Source: Eledone cirrhosa
Taxonomy: Eukaryota
Assembly: GCA_964016885.1 (NCBI GenBank)
Contig: OZ024742.1
Span: forward strand, 198,648,001-198,712,000
Direction of reading: 5' to 3'
Length of the DNA stretch: 64,000 nt
The translations under genes were made by a program, and so were the position numbers. The notes below the pieces were generated by a model. That model did no database searches. It was given only the letters and a program-made list of their open reading frames with translations, and was not told the origin of the DNA. Of this stretch, positions 26,581 through 41,320 are shown piece by piece (the stretch's first letter is position 1; each line of letters opens with the position of its first letter).

Positions 26581-29500
26581 AACACTACATACAGTATTGT
26601 TTCATAGAATTAAAACACAAAAGACAAGACAAGACAAAGGAACTTTGTCTCAATTACTTTTTCTCTTTTCTTTTTAATTTTCATTTTATTTTCCCTATTT
26701 TTTGTTAATTACCAAACTTCCTGTGAAAATGTTCTTCATATATTGGATGACATTCAGCAGAAATATCAAAGAGAATTGATGCAACACAGCAGCAAATAAA
26801 ATAGGTTAGTTGGTGAATGTTGTATTAAATATGCCGAATTTATCAGACAAAATTATATCTGATGACCACATTGTCACCACTCCATCACATGTTGTCACTG
26901 TTGGGCTTCCGTTGGTTATATCAATGACTGCTTCAGTTGTCTGGACAATGGAACAGCCTGCTTGTGAAATTAACATGTGTACCCATAACATAGTTCTCAG
27001 GGAGATTCAGTGTAACACAATGTACAACAAGGCTGACCTTTTGAATTGCACCTTTTTGCCAGCTGAGAGGACTGGAGCAACTTTAATTAAAGTGTCTTGC
27101 TCAAGGACACAAATGTGTTGCTGGAAATTGAACTCACAGTCTTAAGATTGTGAACCAAATGCCCTAACCACTAAGCCAGATGGCTTCATACCATTGCATG
27201 TTAATGCAATATAAATCACTTTCACAGTTTTATACTGACACGGAATGTAATTACCAACAGGCTTAGTTAAGAGCATCCACAATAATTTAAGGGTTAAAAA
27301 AAAATTAACTTATTTGTTCTGGCTCATTGAAATCTGAGTTCAAATCTTGCTGGGGTCAACTTTGCCTTTCATTCTTTAGGGGTCAATAAAAATAACAATC
27401 AAGGAGTAGTGAATTGGTGAAATTGTTAGAGAGTTAGGTGAGATGCTTTGCACTATCTGACCTGGCTTTGTGTGTTTAACCCCTTCATTACATTTAAATG
27501 AAAGACACTGCCAGTGATTTTCAAATAATTTAAAAAATCAAGAATTTGGAGTGACTATCAAACTGTTGTTTAGAACAATGTTTTTTTTAACATAAAATTA
27601 TAATGGAAGGTTTTTAGATAAATATAAACACCTTCAAAATAATCAGATTATTATCATAGAAGCAGATGGTTTGGTATCAGAAGAGTTTAAAAAATTAATT
27701 TTTAAAAAGACTATGTAAAGTAAAATATCACATTACTAAAGAAAAAAAAATAGTTCAAAACACTACACCACCATGTTTCATCATCATCATCATCATCATC
27801 ATTCTATTATTCTTTTACTGGTTTTAGTCAGTAGACTTTGGAAGGGATTTAATCAATCATATCTAACCAGGTACATATTTTTTCAAGTCTGGTACTTACT
27901 TTATTGACGTATTTTGTTGAACCACAATGTTACAGGACACAAATACAGTAACAGATGTAAAGACAGACACAAATACAGTAACAAATGTAAAGACAGACAC
28001 AAACGCACACATGAACATATCAATTTGAAAGAATGTCCTGCATGGCTGAGATCTTATGAAATTAATTTTAAAATTTTATTATGGTGCTGTTGTAATTGGC
28101 CTCAATAATTATATTAAAACTCATCCCACGTACTTGAGTTGCTCTATACTTTGGATTATCATTACCAAACTATTACTACTACTAGTACATATATATATAT
28201 AATTTTTTTAGCATCCAATTTCCCTGCTAGCAAGGATTGGGCAAGTTATCACAAACTAAGTCAGTATCCAAGCAGAGCTACTGACCTCTCAGATGGACCG
28301 GGGCTCTGTATCTCTCTTACATTTATTCCCAAACTTTACCATAAGCCTAGACATGCTAGGGACCCACATCTCGCTTATGTATCCTATGCTCTGAGAAAAT
28401 TATCGTTGCACCAGTACTACAGAGGTTGTCATGTCTTTGACACTGCTGATGAGTCCTCCTGGCCCTTTGTTTGGCAAGCCTTCTATGGCTGGATGGCCTT
28501 CTTCTGTGTGTATGTGTGTGTGAATTGTAATTATGAAAGAATGAGCCCTCAATATGTAAACATAAAGGTACTTTACATTACTTAAAATACATGGCAACTA
28601 AGCATTTTTCATCGGTACTCAGAATTTCATGATAGTATCCAATTAATCATAGCAGATTAATCTCATATGCAATATCAACTTAAAAAGAGTTATAATATAA
28701 ACTTATGAAGGAAGGTTTTTAGATAAATATAAACACTAACTCTTTTATTATCATATTTCTAATGAAATATATATATATCTTTTTTCTCACTTCCTCTCTC
28801 TCATTCTCTGGAAGAAATTGACTATGTTGAAACCAGATTTAAAATGCCTGTATGTAACTACAATGTCCCTATTATTCTATCAGAAGTCATGGGTCCATTC
28901 ATATAAGCCATTTAGTGGTCAATAAAATAGAGTACCAGTCCAAAGCAGTTAGAGCAAGGTGTAGGATACTTTTGCAATATTTATTTTGAGTTCAAATCCT
29001 GCTGTAGCCTATGTGGGTAGTAGACTTAATCCAGTTTAACACCAACAAGCCCTCAGATACCTTTAGTAGAGTTTGTTGCAACCATTCAAGCTAGGTCTTT
29101 GGTTTAATGAAACCTTCCTTACTTTTCCACCAGTTTCAGAAGTTTTGAAAAGAAGCATGGGCACTACACTTCCCTCTCTCACTAAAGGGTTTTTTAAATA
29201 TAGAAAACAGACTCAACAAGAGAACAGAATAGCTACCTAGGGTTAATCAAGGCACTTCACAGTAGATCACAAATTACCCTGATTACAATGAGCAATGTTT
29301 TCTAGCATACATTTGGGTCTTGAATAATGCCCCCGCCCCCATTAATTTTTCAGACATGATTTAGCATAAAATATCTAAAAAGAAAAACAAGTTTGGCAAT
29401 CCAAATGTTTATAGTATCATTACTAATGGACAGATTGTTGTAAAAATGTGCAGTGTTAGATTAAAGACTTTGATTTTTAATGTGATGCAGTCATACTGTT

Positions 29501-32500
29501 ATTTTGTAGTTTTCAAGAATATCTAGGTAGTACAGATGCATGTGGTACAGGATGTTAAGAGTTAACACAACTCCATTATACAAGTGGTAATTATTTTAAA
29601 GGACTTGAACTCAGAACCTAAATATCACAGAACATATTGTCTGATAGTCTTCTAATTCTTTCATCTAAAATAATGGTTTATAATTTTGGTACAAGGCCAA
29701 TCATTTAAGGGGAAGAGAAAAGTTACTTAGACCAACCCCAGTTCTTCACTGATACTTTATTTTATTGATCCCTGGAAGGATGAAAAAGAAATTGACCGTA
29801 GTGCAATTTGAACTCAAAGCATAAAGAGTCAGGACAAATACTACATGGCATTTTGTCCGAAGCTCTAACAATCTGGCCAATCCACTGCTGTAATAATCAT
29901 AATAATGGTTTCTATTTCAGACACAAAGCCAGTAATGCGAGGGAAGGGGGAAAGTCGATTACACTAATTTCTAACATTGACACAAGGTCAAACAGAAATA
30001 CATTCACTCAGAAAAACACAAACACACACACATGCATTCACACACACTCACACACGCACAAATACAAGAATGCATACAGAGAAAAAAAACATATAGACAT
30101 GCAGAGAAACAAAAACAAACACACGCACACACACACAGAGAAAGAGATAGAAACACAAACATGCCAGCACATATACAAACATACATAAATACATGTAGAT
30201 ACAAAATGTACTTCCTGCTATTATGTAAAACTGTCTATAATTTTAAAAAACCTTACCTTAACTTCTTAAATTGGAATTTTAGGAAATACCACACTTAATT
30301 ACTGATGCAATCTATTTATCTATATGTCTATCAAACTAGCTAGCTACTTATCTATCTGTATATCCATCCATCTATCTATCTGTGTGTCTATCTATCTATC
30401 TAGCTAGTTACACATCTATTTATCTGTATGTCTATCTAGCTAGATAGCTACTTATCTATTTATCTGGCTATCTGTACATGTGTGTGTGTGTGTGTGTGTA
30501 TACCTACTTATAGAAGACAGAAGTTTGGGATGAAGTGACAAAAGCTGACCTTGCCCAATTAAACCTCTCAAAGGAGATGACACAGGACCAAGATTTCTGG
30601 TGGTATGCTGTACTGCAGAAGACCCGCCTTCCCATCTGCACAGGATGAAACAAATATGCACCAATCTTTTGTTCTTTGCCCCCCCCCCCCCTCACCAGCT
30701 AAATAACCTTCGCCCCTCACCCATATCGAACTTGCGTATTTGTTCCCACCTCCAATCCCCACTCGTGATACACCTCTGCAGCCAACCCACAAATAAAAAC
30801 AAACAAAAACACAAAGTCCACCTCATATGGTGATCTGGTGGTACAACAACAAAGCACCCAATCTATCATGCCTGTAAGGCAGTCATATTGGTGACATGAA
30901 AAAAAGGACCCAGTCCATCCTGTAAGGTGGTCATGTTGGTGACAATGAAAATCACCTAGTTCTCTCTGTTAGATGGTCATTTTGGTGCCACAATAAAAAG
31001 AACCCATTCCACACTGTAATATGATTGGCATTAGGAAAGGCATCCAGCAATAGAAACCAAGCCAAAATACAGATCCATATGAGCAAGACATGGACACCTG
31101 ACCTGAATTGTCTCATAATGTGACAACTAGTCCTTCATCAGAAGATAGAATAAGAAGAGGAAAGAATGAAAACAAATTTTCTGAGAAAAAACGTGTATAT
31201 TCAGTCAGCCATTTGATGACCTTGTGATAAACAAACGAAACTCCAGAGCAACAAGACTCACTTTTCAGCCTTAATAAAATGAATATTAAAACTCTACTTC
31301 GGTATTGAGTACTCCTTTCTCTCAGCTGCCAACCACATACAGATACATATATATATATAATAAAAATCTAATTCTTATCTTTAATCAGTTTTATCTGTTA
31401 GTAATTCACATAAACCATAGAATGTCTCTTATGCAAATAATGAATTTGTTAAAACACAAATTTTCTGGTTTATATGGACTCAAAAAATTAAATACGTTTT
31501 ATGTTATTGCCATCATTACTAAGGGCATTGGTTCACTAGTGTACATATATACATATATACACACACACTGCCAGATGTCTTCACTTACGTTAAGGCCCTT
31601 CTACCTCTCCCTCTAGTAACAAAGGGCCATAACCTGCTCACCTCTTGGCATCTACCCCACACCCTACCTCTGTACTCCCTGTCTGGTCAAGGATGCAAGC
31701 ATGCTAGTGTTAAAATATGGTAGTACTGGTACCACAATAAAATGTACTAAGAACTCAGCCCACACTTGAAGGTGGAAATGTTGACGTCACAACAAACTGC
31801 AACCAGCTCATTCTGTAAACTGGTAGTGCCAGTAATATGAATATGTATGTATCTATGTATATGTATTTTTTTGAAGGGGGCAGTGGATTGAGAGACCCCC
31901 TAGTCTTCATTAAGACATCTCTCTAGAAGGTCACTGATGTAAAACCTGTGACTTTGGTCGCATACAATAAAGTGGACCATTTCGATGTTGAGAGAGTGGG
32001 ATTGGCTCCGTGCAAAGCCTTTCCTAACTTAAAAAAGCTTCAAGCACAGCCATTGCTTGATATGTGACATCATTTGCATTGCATGGCATGGCTGGCCTAA
32101 GGTTCTGGAATGGATAGTGAAAGGGTCTAACCCTGCAGGTGTCCCAGGGCACTCCAGCCTGGGCCCTGTCATTGCCCTGCTACTGTGAGTCCCTAGCAGG
32201 ACTAAAAAGCCCTGTCTTTGCTGCTCATGCTTAAGTATCAAGCAATAACATTACTCGAAATGGAGTTGCAGCCATCATATGTATGTGTATGTATGTGCAT
32301 GTATATTTCACATTGCTCCAGTTTACTCAGCTGTAGAAATGAGATGATAGGGACTGGGGTCCCTATCATTCCACTGCAAAGTGGTTGTGGAGGTGCCACG
32401 GCAAAAAAGCACCCAGCCCACACTGTAAAGTGGACGTGTAGGTGCCACGGCAAAAAAGCACCCAGCACTCACTGTAAATGAGGTTGGTGTTAGGAAGGGC

Positions 32501-33159
32501 ATCCAGCTGTAGAAATCAAGCCAGAATCAGTTCCCGTCCCACCCTTACAAACAGGGAAAAGCGGACGTAAAATATGATGATGATGATATATATATATTTC
32601 TCTGTAAAGTTATGTTGGTACCACAACATCCAGTCCAAACTAATGAGGTCGTGTAGGTGTCACAACAAAAAAGCACACAGTCCACGCTGTAATGTGGCCA
32701 TGTAGGTAACACGGTAAAAAGTTCCCTGTCCACACTGTAAATGCAGTTGGTGTTAGGAAGGGCATCCAGCCATAGAAAACCTGCCAGATATTCCTATACA
32801 AGCGAGACACGGTCACCCAACCAGTCTTGCCTCAAGTGGGACAACTCCCGTCTAACCCATGCTAGCGTGGAAGATAGACGTTAAACGATGATGATGATTA
32901 TGATGATGATGAATGAATGAATATATCCTCATCATTTTCCATTTTTCCATGCTGGCCTAGATGTGTGTGTGCGTGTGTGTGTGTATCTGATACATCAGGA
33001 AACAGCAGACATACATCCGTACAGTGAATTATGTCACAGGAAACAGTGTTTAAGAAACCCTTCTTGGAATTGTTACATGATATTCTTACTGACCCATTAT
33101 CACTGTTGACCTATCGACAATATCTACAACATATATTTATGTGTATATGTATATATATG

Positions 33160-33213
<54 letters not shown>

Positions 33214-33429
33214 GATATACCGTCCAAACCCATGCAAGCGTGGAAGATGGACGTTAAACGATGATGATGATGATGATGATAGACACACACATATGTCCCA
33301 CCCTTGCAAGCAGGGAAAAGCGGACATAAACTGATGATGATGATGATGATGATATATCAGGAAGCAGGCCACCACAAAGGATGATGTTCAATATGACAGC
33401 ACATTTTCTCAAGGTTCTTTTCTGTTTTC

Positions 33430-33810
33430 CTGTCAATTTCTTTTACCAACCTACCAAGTCATATGACCCCTATTTCCTGTCAATCTCTCTCACCAACCTA
33501 CCAAGTCATACAACCCTCTATTTTCCTTGTCAATTTCTCTAATCAAGCTACTAGATCCTATGATGCCCTATTTCTCTGTCAACGTCTCTCACCAATCTAT
33601 TATTCCCTATTTCACTGAACCCAAATAACCCTACCAATCTCTCTCACCAATCTACCAAGTCCTATGAGCTCCTATTTCCCTGGACCCTAACTTCCCTACC
33701 AATCTCTCTCACCAACCTACCAAGACCTATGATCCTCTATTTTCCTGGCCCCTAACTTCCCTACCAATCTCTCTCACCAACCTATCAAGTCCTATGATCC
33801 CCTATTTTCC
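33430..33810. repeat. ~50-60-bp minisatellite
   Basis: Repeated ctctcaccaacctaccaagtcctatgatcccctatttcc. Confidence 0.85.
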
Positions 33811-36800
33811 TAGAGTACATAATGCCTCATTAAATGAATGCAAGATGTCCTCTCAGCAATATTATATTGAAAGGATGTCCTCTCAGCAATATTATATTGA
33901 AAGGAACCCATCCAATAGTGAGGTGACCTAACAATGGAGAATTGTATGTTAGACCTTTGTCAGTTTCGACAAATGTTCCACAACTTAGACCAACAATTTT
34001 GTTCATGAAATTAACATGCAGGTGACTGAGCATTCCACAAACATGTGTACCCCTAATGTACAGTCTTTGACAGAGCTTGCCCTTTTGTAATATAGGTATG
34101 GTGTATTTTTTACTAACTGAGCAGATTGGAACAATGTGAAATAAAGTGTCTTGCTCAAGGAGATAATGACTCAGCAGAAATTTAACTCACAACCTTACAA
34201 ATACCCTAACCACTAGGTCAAAAATCCTAACCACCAAACCACACTACTTCATGAACTAAGAGTGTAGAATTGTTGTGAAGTATCCAAATATACAATGAAA
34301 TGTTTGCAGTGAATTACCACTCCTAGATTAAGTGTTGGCAGATAGCAGACCGGTGTCATATGGACTGGGCCATCTCGCAATGCTTATACATAATCTCATA
34401 ATATATATGCAAAAACAGGTGTATAGCCTACTGGTTAGAGTGTTGGACTGGGTAACATATGTTCTTGAAAAAGACACTTCGATTCACATTTTCGCATTGC
34501 TTTTCAAGGATGGACTGGAGACCCTATCATTAAAACACTCAGACTGGGCTGTTTGGGGTTGGGGATTTTTTTCTTTTCCTTAGTGTTTTTATCAAAGAAG
34601 AAAGAGGGGTGCACATAACCTTTTTTAGGGCCTCCATGCTAGTGGGAGAGAACCAGAAACCTGGTCCAAATGCTTGTGAAAGAATGAACTCCACTAAAAG
34701 TACCTAAGGACCAAATGGTGTGTTAAACAATATGACAGATTTAGTCTACCTAGTAGGTCACAGTGAAATTTACATTCCAAATACAAAGACCTAAAAGAAA
34801 TACCACAAAGTATCTCATCTGATGCAGTAACAATTCCACCAATCCATCACTCCTGGACTAATACTTTATTTTTTAATCCTTTCCTTACCACGATAAAATG
34901 CATTTGGTAGAGCATAGAAACATTTTCTAAGTAAGATGGTAACCCCCAGCCCATCTGAGAGGTCAGTAACTCCACTTGAGTACTGACTTGCTCTGTGACA
35001 ACCCATCAAACCCTTACTAGCAGAGAAGATGGATGTTAAACAATGATGGTTTCTCATGAAAGACTGCCTATGAGTTGCAAATAATTTTGAAATAACCAAT
35101 AAATTGGAGATATTTATTAAAATAACTAACTTTTTAAAAATTAAGCTGGTATTTGGAAACTTAGCAGGGTTATGATGGAAGTTTTTTAGATAAATATAAT
35201 TTTAAAACAAACTGTCTTGTATCAGGTGGTTTGGTATCAAAAGTGTTACACAACACACACACATATCCATAGAGGTTCATACATAATACATAAACATTTA
35301 AGTAGACAAACATATGCTTGCAAACACAACTAAAAACACACACACAAATACATATAGTACACATGCATACACACACAGCACATACATTTATGGACACGTA
35401 TGCATACACACACACACATACTCATGTTCATGCAGGTACATAACATATAAACAAACAGGTAAGTACAAAGGTATACACCTGCAAGCAAACAATGTGTGTG
35501 TGTGTGTGTGTGTTGGACCTCTGTTGGTTCTAATGGTGAATGTTCCAGTTGTTTGATCAATGGGACAACCTGCTCATGGAATTAATGTGCAAGTGGCTGA
35601 GCATTTCAAACATGTATCTTTAATGTAGTTCTCAGGGAGATTCAGTGACAAGGCTGGCCCTTTTGAATTACAAACACGATGGCGTTAGGAAGGGCATCCA
35701 GCCATAGAAAACCAGCCAGAAACAGTCCTATATGAACGAAAGTCAACCAACCCAACTTGCCTCTAAATGGGACAAACCCATCTAACCTATGCTAATATGG
35801 AAGATAGATGTTAAATGATGATGATGATGATGATGCATTTTTGCCAGATAAGTAAATTGGAGGAATGTGAAATAAATTGCCTTGCTCAAGGACACAATGC
35901 ACCACTGGAAACACCCTAACCATCAAGCCACACAGGTTCACATAAACAAACAACCTCTAATACACATACAATACACACATATACAAATACAAACAGATGC
36001 ATGCATACAGACAAACACACACGTACAAACAATGCATGCGCACGCATGCACACACACACCTACATGTGATTACATTTCAGAACATTTTGAGACGATTATC
36101 CAACACACAGGCTGTTGTCCCACCCTATATAGTGCAATAGTGCAGACATTAGCTCATTAAATAATGCAGCATAGTCACAAAATTATCGTGACATCTTCAA
36201 TGCTCTTATTCCAACTTAACTTAATTTACATAACTTCACATTCAACACCATACATTACTGTAACAACAGCACTGTGGTATCTGTCTTCACTCAACCCTTG
36301 CCCATCACTACCCCACCAAAATAGATCTAGATGTCAACAACCTTAACAACAACAACAAAAACAGCAGCAGCAACAACAAGAGATAGCAAAACATAGAAAA
36401 TGTTATTTGGTCTTGTTTGCCCTTCATTTCAGGTTTTGTTAGATAAATGTTAAATATCATGTAATGGTTAAGAGGTTCAGTTTAAGCATGTAGTTCCAGG
36501 CTGTCTCCCTACTATTATAGTCTCGAGTTGGCTAATTCCTTAGGAGTAAAACTGGTAGTTAGAAGCTATAAAGAAGCTCATTGAAGTGAGTGTGTGCCAT
36601 GACAAAAATCATCCAGTACACACTGTAAAGGTGGTTGGCATTAGGATGAGCATCCAGCTGTAGGAACCAAGCCCAAATCAGTTCTGTATTAGCAAGACAC
36701 AGTCATCTGGCTTGGCCTCACAACAGGACAACTCGTCTAACCCATGGGCATTAAATGGTGATGATGATGATATATATATATGTATATATGTGTGTGTGAG

Positions 36801-36853
36801 TCCTGTGTTCAATCGGGGGTAACCACAGTAAAATAATACATTAGTAGAGTATT

Positions 36854-36912
<59 letters not shown>

Positions 36913-36983
36913 CTATATATATATATATACATAGAAAACTCTTTTTTTCCTTTGCTTTTCCTTCGGAATTACCTAACATATAT

Positions 36984-39183
36984 AGATGATGGTGTACTTG
37001 CCATCACTGATGCTGATAAGAAGGTAGTTTGGAAGTGTCAATAAGAGAGGCTACTAATTGAGGAGAATAAATGGGAAAATGATAGTCTGCCCCACATCGA
37101 TCCAATAGAGGGACCAGCTGTGCAAATTGAAGGTAGTATAATAAGTAAGGCAATCAAAGATATGAAGACAGGCAAGGCAACTGGGCCTTCGGAGATAGTT
37201 GCTGAAATGCTGACAGCATCTGGAACGGTGGGACACTCTATGGTCACCCGGATAGTAAACCAAGTCATACAGAACAGGGTCATACCATATGACTGGCTTA
37301 GCAGCATCATCATCATTAACTGCTACAAGGGTAAAGGAGATGCCCTAGATAGGGGAAACTATAGAGGCATTAAATTAATTGACAAGGTCATGAAGGTCAC
37401 AGAAAAAGCAATAGCGCAACTAATCAGAGAGTGAATTGATCTAGATGAAATGCAGTTTGGGTTTGTATCCGGTAAAAGAACCACAGATTCCCTTTTCCTT
37501 GTACGACAACTACAGGAGAAGTACCTAGCTAAAAGTAAACCCCTATACTTAGCTTTTGATGACCTGGAGAAAGCATTTTACAGAGTCCCCTGCTCCACTA
37601 CCAGGTGGGCCATTAGATAACTAGGGGTTGATGAATGGCTTGTGAGAGCTTTACAAGTCATGTATATAGAAACAGTCAGCAAGGTTAGAATTAACAACGA
37701 ATATAATGAAGAATTTAGCGTAAAAGTTGGTGTTCATCAGGGCTCTGTACTTAGCCCCCTACTATTTATCATTGCCCTTCAGGCTATAACAGAGGAGTTC
37801 AAGACCGGCTGCCCATGGGAACTTCTATATGCAGATGATCTAATGCTTATAGCTGAATCGATGGCTGAACTAGAGAAGAAATTCCAAACATGGAAGCATG
37901 GCCTAGAATCAAAAGGCCTTAAAGTTAACTTGTCTAAGACTAGAGTTCTAGTATGTAGAAAGGAAAATAGGGCACAGGTGCCCTCTGGGAAATGGCCATG
38001 CTCAGTGTGTAGGAAAGGAGTAGGCAGAAATTCCATTTTATGTCCCAAATGCAAAGTATGGGTGCATAAAAGATGTAGTGGGATCACAGGTAAGCTATCT
38101 AAGAACGTAGATTTTATATCTAGCCGGTGCTCAGGTGCAATAAGTAGCAGCAAGTGCCCACAGGATACTAGATCCTTCTATTGCCCAGATGGCTCTATAG
38201 AAATAGTGGACACCGTCCGTTACCTGGGTGACAAAACCAGCAGTGGTGGAGGGTGCTCTGAAAGTACAGTAGCCAGAGTCCGAACGGGATGGAAAAAATT
38301 CAGAGAGCTTATACCACTATTGGTCACTAAAGGTTTCTCTCTAAAAATGAAAGGCAGACTGTATGATGCCTGCATACGAACAGCAATGTTACATGGCAGT
38401 GAGACAGGGGCATTGTGTGCAGAGGATCTGCACAGACTGGAGAGGAACGAAGCATGCATGCTCTGTTGGATGTGTAATAGTAATATACATGAACAGCAAA
38501 GCATAAATGAACTAAGTAAGAAATTAGGAATAAGAGGGATCCGATGCTGTTTACTCGAGAGAAGACTACGTTGGTATGGTCACGTGATGCGCATGAAAGA
38601 CGACAGCTGTATAAAAAAGTGCAGGGCGATCAAAATTGATGGAAGTTACGGAGTAGGTAGACCCAGAAAAACCTGGGACGATTTGATAAATTCCGACCTT
38701 ACACACTTACACCTCTCTAAGGCAATGTCACTGGACCGAGATCTTTGGCGCTACGCAGTAATACAGAAGACCCCCTTGCCTATGTACAAAGCGAAACCTA
38801 CAGTCAGTAGGCACCTCTTAATCAAATATACACCCCCATCCCACTACCCCAACTCCCCTACCCCGCCCCCATCAACACCACCCCTTTCTCTGTAAAGTTA
38901 TGTTGATACCACAACATCCAGTCCTAAATAAATGAGGTCGTGTAGGTGTCACGACAAAAAAAACACACAGTCCACGCTGTAATGTGGCCATGTAGGTAAC
39001 ACGGTAAAAACCTCCCAGTTTCACACTGTAAACGTGGTTGGTGTTAGGAAGGGCATCCAGCCGTAGAAAACCTGCCAGATAGTCCTATACGAGCGAGATG
39101 ACCAATCTTGCCTCAAATGGGACAATTCTCGTCTAAATCCATGCTAGCGTGGAAGATAGAGGTTAAACGATGATGATGATGAT
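36984..39183 (+). mobile_element. RTE-clade LINE, 5' truncated: RT, PHD-like finger, C-terminus and 3' UTR; stops and frameshifts in the 5' part
   Basis: KATGP, YKGKGDALDRGNYRGIKL, QFGF, DLEKAF, GVHQGSVLSPLLF, LYADD (37828), [19 protein letters not shown]; (gat)n tail. Confidence 0.95.
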
Positions 39184-39297
39184 ATAGTAATAATAAATAC
39201 AAAGATTAAAATGCAAAGAGTTGATAAGGGTTGTGTATATAAATCAGTATATCTTGCTTAGGGTGAAAGCAGAAATTCTTTGCTTAAACTTTTAATC

Positions 39298-39368
<71 letters not shown>

Positions 39369-40011
39369 TGTGGTGCTGAAACAGGGGAGACTACTAATCA
39401 TGGGAGTACTCAATGCATGGGTAAATGCAGAGTGGGTATAGAGATAAGTAAATGTGTGTGTGTGTGTGTGTGTATTATTTGGAGTAGGTGCACCATGTTC
39501 CTGCATGTTGTAATAATTGTTTCTACTTTTGGCACAAGGCCAGCAATTACCCAGTGCATTACTGGCACCTGTTGTAATAATGGACGTTAAACGATGATGA
39601 TGATATATGTGTGTGTGTGAGCATGTGTGTGTATGCGTGAATATAAATATATATATGGAAGCACATGGCTTGCAATTGAAAGGTTGTGAGTTCAATTCTC
39701 AGACCGGATGATGTGTTGTTTCCTTGAGCAAGACACTTTATTTCACATTGCTCCAGTTTACTCAGCTGTAGAAATGAGATGATAGGGACTGGGGTCCCTA
39801 TCATTCCACTGCAAAGTGGTCGTGCAGGTACCACGGCAAAAAAGCACCCATCACTCACTGTAAATGAGGTTGGTGTTAGGAAGGGCATCCAGCTGTAGAA
39901 ATCAAGCCAGAATCAGTTCCCGTCCCACCCTTGCAAGCAGGGAAAAGTGGACGTAAAATGATGATGATGATGATGATATATATATACCATCATCATTATT
40001 TCTACATTCAT

Positions 40012-40200
40012 AGGGCGGTGAATTGGCAGTATCGGTAGAGGGTTGGACGCCATGCTTTCTAGCATAGTTACGTCCCTTTACAGTCTGAGTTCAAATCCCG
40101 CCGAGGTTAACTTTGCCTTTCATCCTTACGGGGTCGATAAAATAAAGTACCAGTAATGTACTGGGTAGTTGCTGGCCTTGTGCCTAAAGTAGAAATAATT
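40012..40200 (+). mobile_element. Full-length SINE family B with 17-bp TSD
   Basis: TSD attatttctacattcat at 39995-40011 and 40198-40214; A/B-box-like head; Nin/Deu-like domain. Confidence 0.9.
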
Positions 40201-41129
40201 ATTTCTACATTCATTTTTTTCATGCTTGTATGGGTTGGACAAAATGGTTTAGGACAATGTTTTGCAGCTTGGTGCCCTTCTTGACACTAACCCTTTTAGT
40301 TGCCTATTACAACATGCAGGAATACAGTGTACCTACTCCAAAAATTGGGATACACATGTACGAGTAGAGTGTTGGACTCATGATCAGAAGGTTGTGGGGT
40401 CAATTCCTGGACATGGTAGTGCATTGTAATTTTGGGAGTTGGGACCTCTTTCATTAAAATATCTAAGATATCTCATAGGAAGCTACCTAATCCTCCCTCT
40501 TCACCCACTTATTCTTGGGAGGGTTGTATGTTTGTATGTGTGTGTGTGGGGGGGGGGGGAGTTCTCATGCATGCCTTCCAGCAAATCCTGTCAGAAAAAT
40601 ACTGTCCCAAATTGATCTGGCTAGATCTCCAAGCAAGACCAACCGAGCTCATGGATGTTATCCAACCATCTTTCTCAGGGTCTACCCCTGGGTCTCCTGC
40701 CAGTTGGTTTTGCCCATAAAATCTAACCAGCAATTCTTTCCTTTGACATTCTGACCACATGTCCATAGTATTAGAGCAGTGATCTCTCTATTTGGCGAAG
40801 TAGCAGCTCTATCTGGAGTGACTCCCTGATCTATGCACCCTATTGAGTAACATCACTCCAAAGACACTTAGCAGGAAACTAAACCTGCATTTAAAAAATT
40901 TGATAGAGTGTAATTAAGGTAGAGAAGGCAGCTTGGGACTAGGTGATGTTGTAGAAGAACTCGAAACATAAAATGGTGAAAGCGATACACCTAGACATCA
41001 TGTCCAATGCATTAACAATTCCACCAATCCACCTCCACTGGACTGGTACAGTTGAAAGTAATATGACTAACTTTCTTATTATTAAGGTGGTTTTTGAAAC
41101 AAAACTTAAAGGTTTCTACATAAAATTAT

Positions 41130-41320
41130 AATTGTTTCTACTATTGGCACGAGGCCAGCAATTACCCAGTACATTACTGGTACTTTATTTTATCGACCCC
41201 GTAAGGATGAAAGGCAAAGTTAACCTCGGCGGGATTTGAACTCAGAATGGCAAGGGCCGTAACTCTATGCATCAAAGCATGGTGTCCGACCCTCTACCGA
41301 TACTGCCAATTCACCGCCCT
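41130..41320 (-). mobile_element. Full-length SINE family B inserted in a TTAA-MITE remnant
   Basis: Close reverse complement of 40012-40200; TSD aaaattataat. Confidence 0.88.

Noticed and set aside
26230-33810. Periodic repeats resembling CRISPR arrays (26230, 33430; also 7125 and 42115)
   Set aside because: Whole units are homologous with no unique spacers, there are no cas genes, and the context is eukaryotic.
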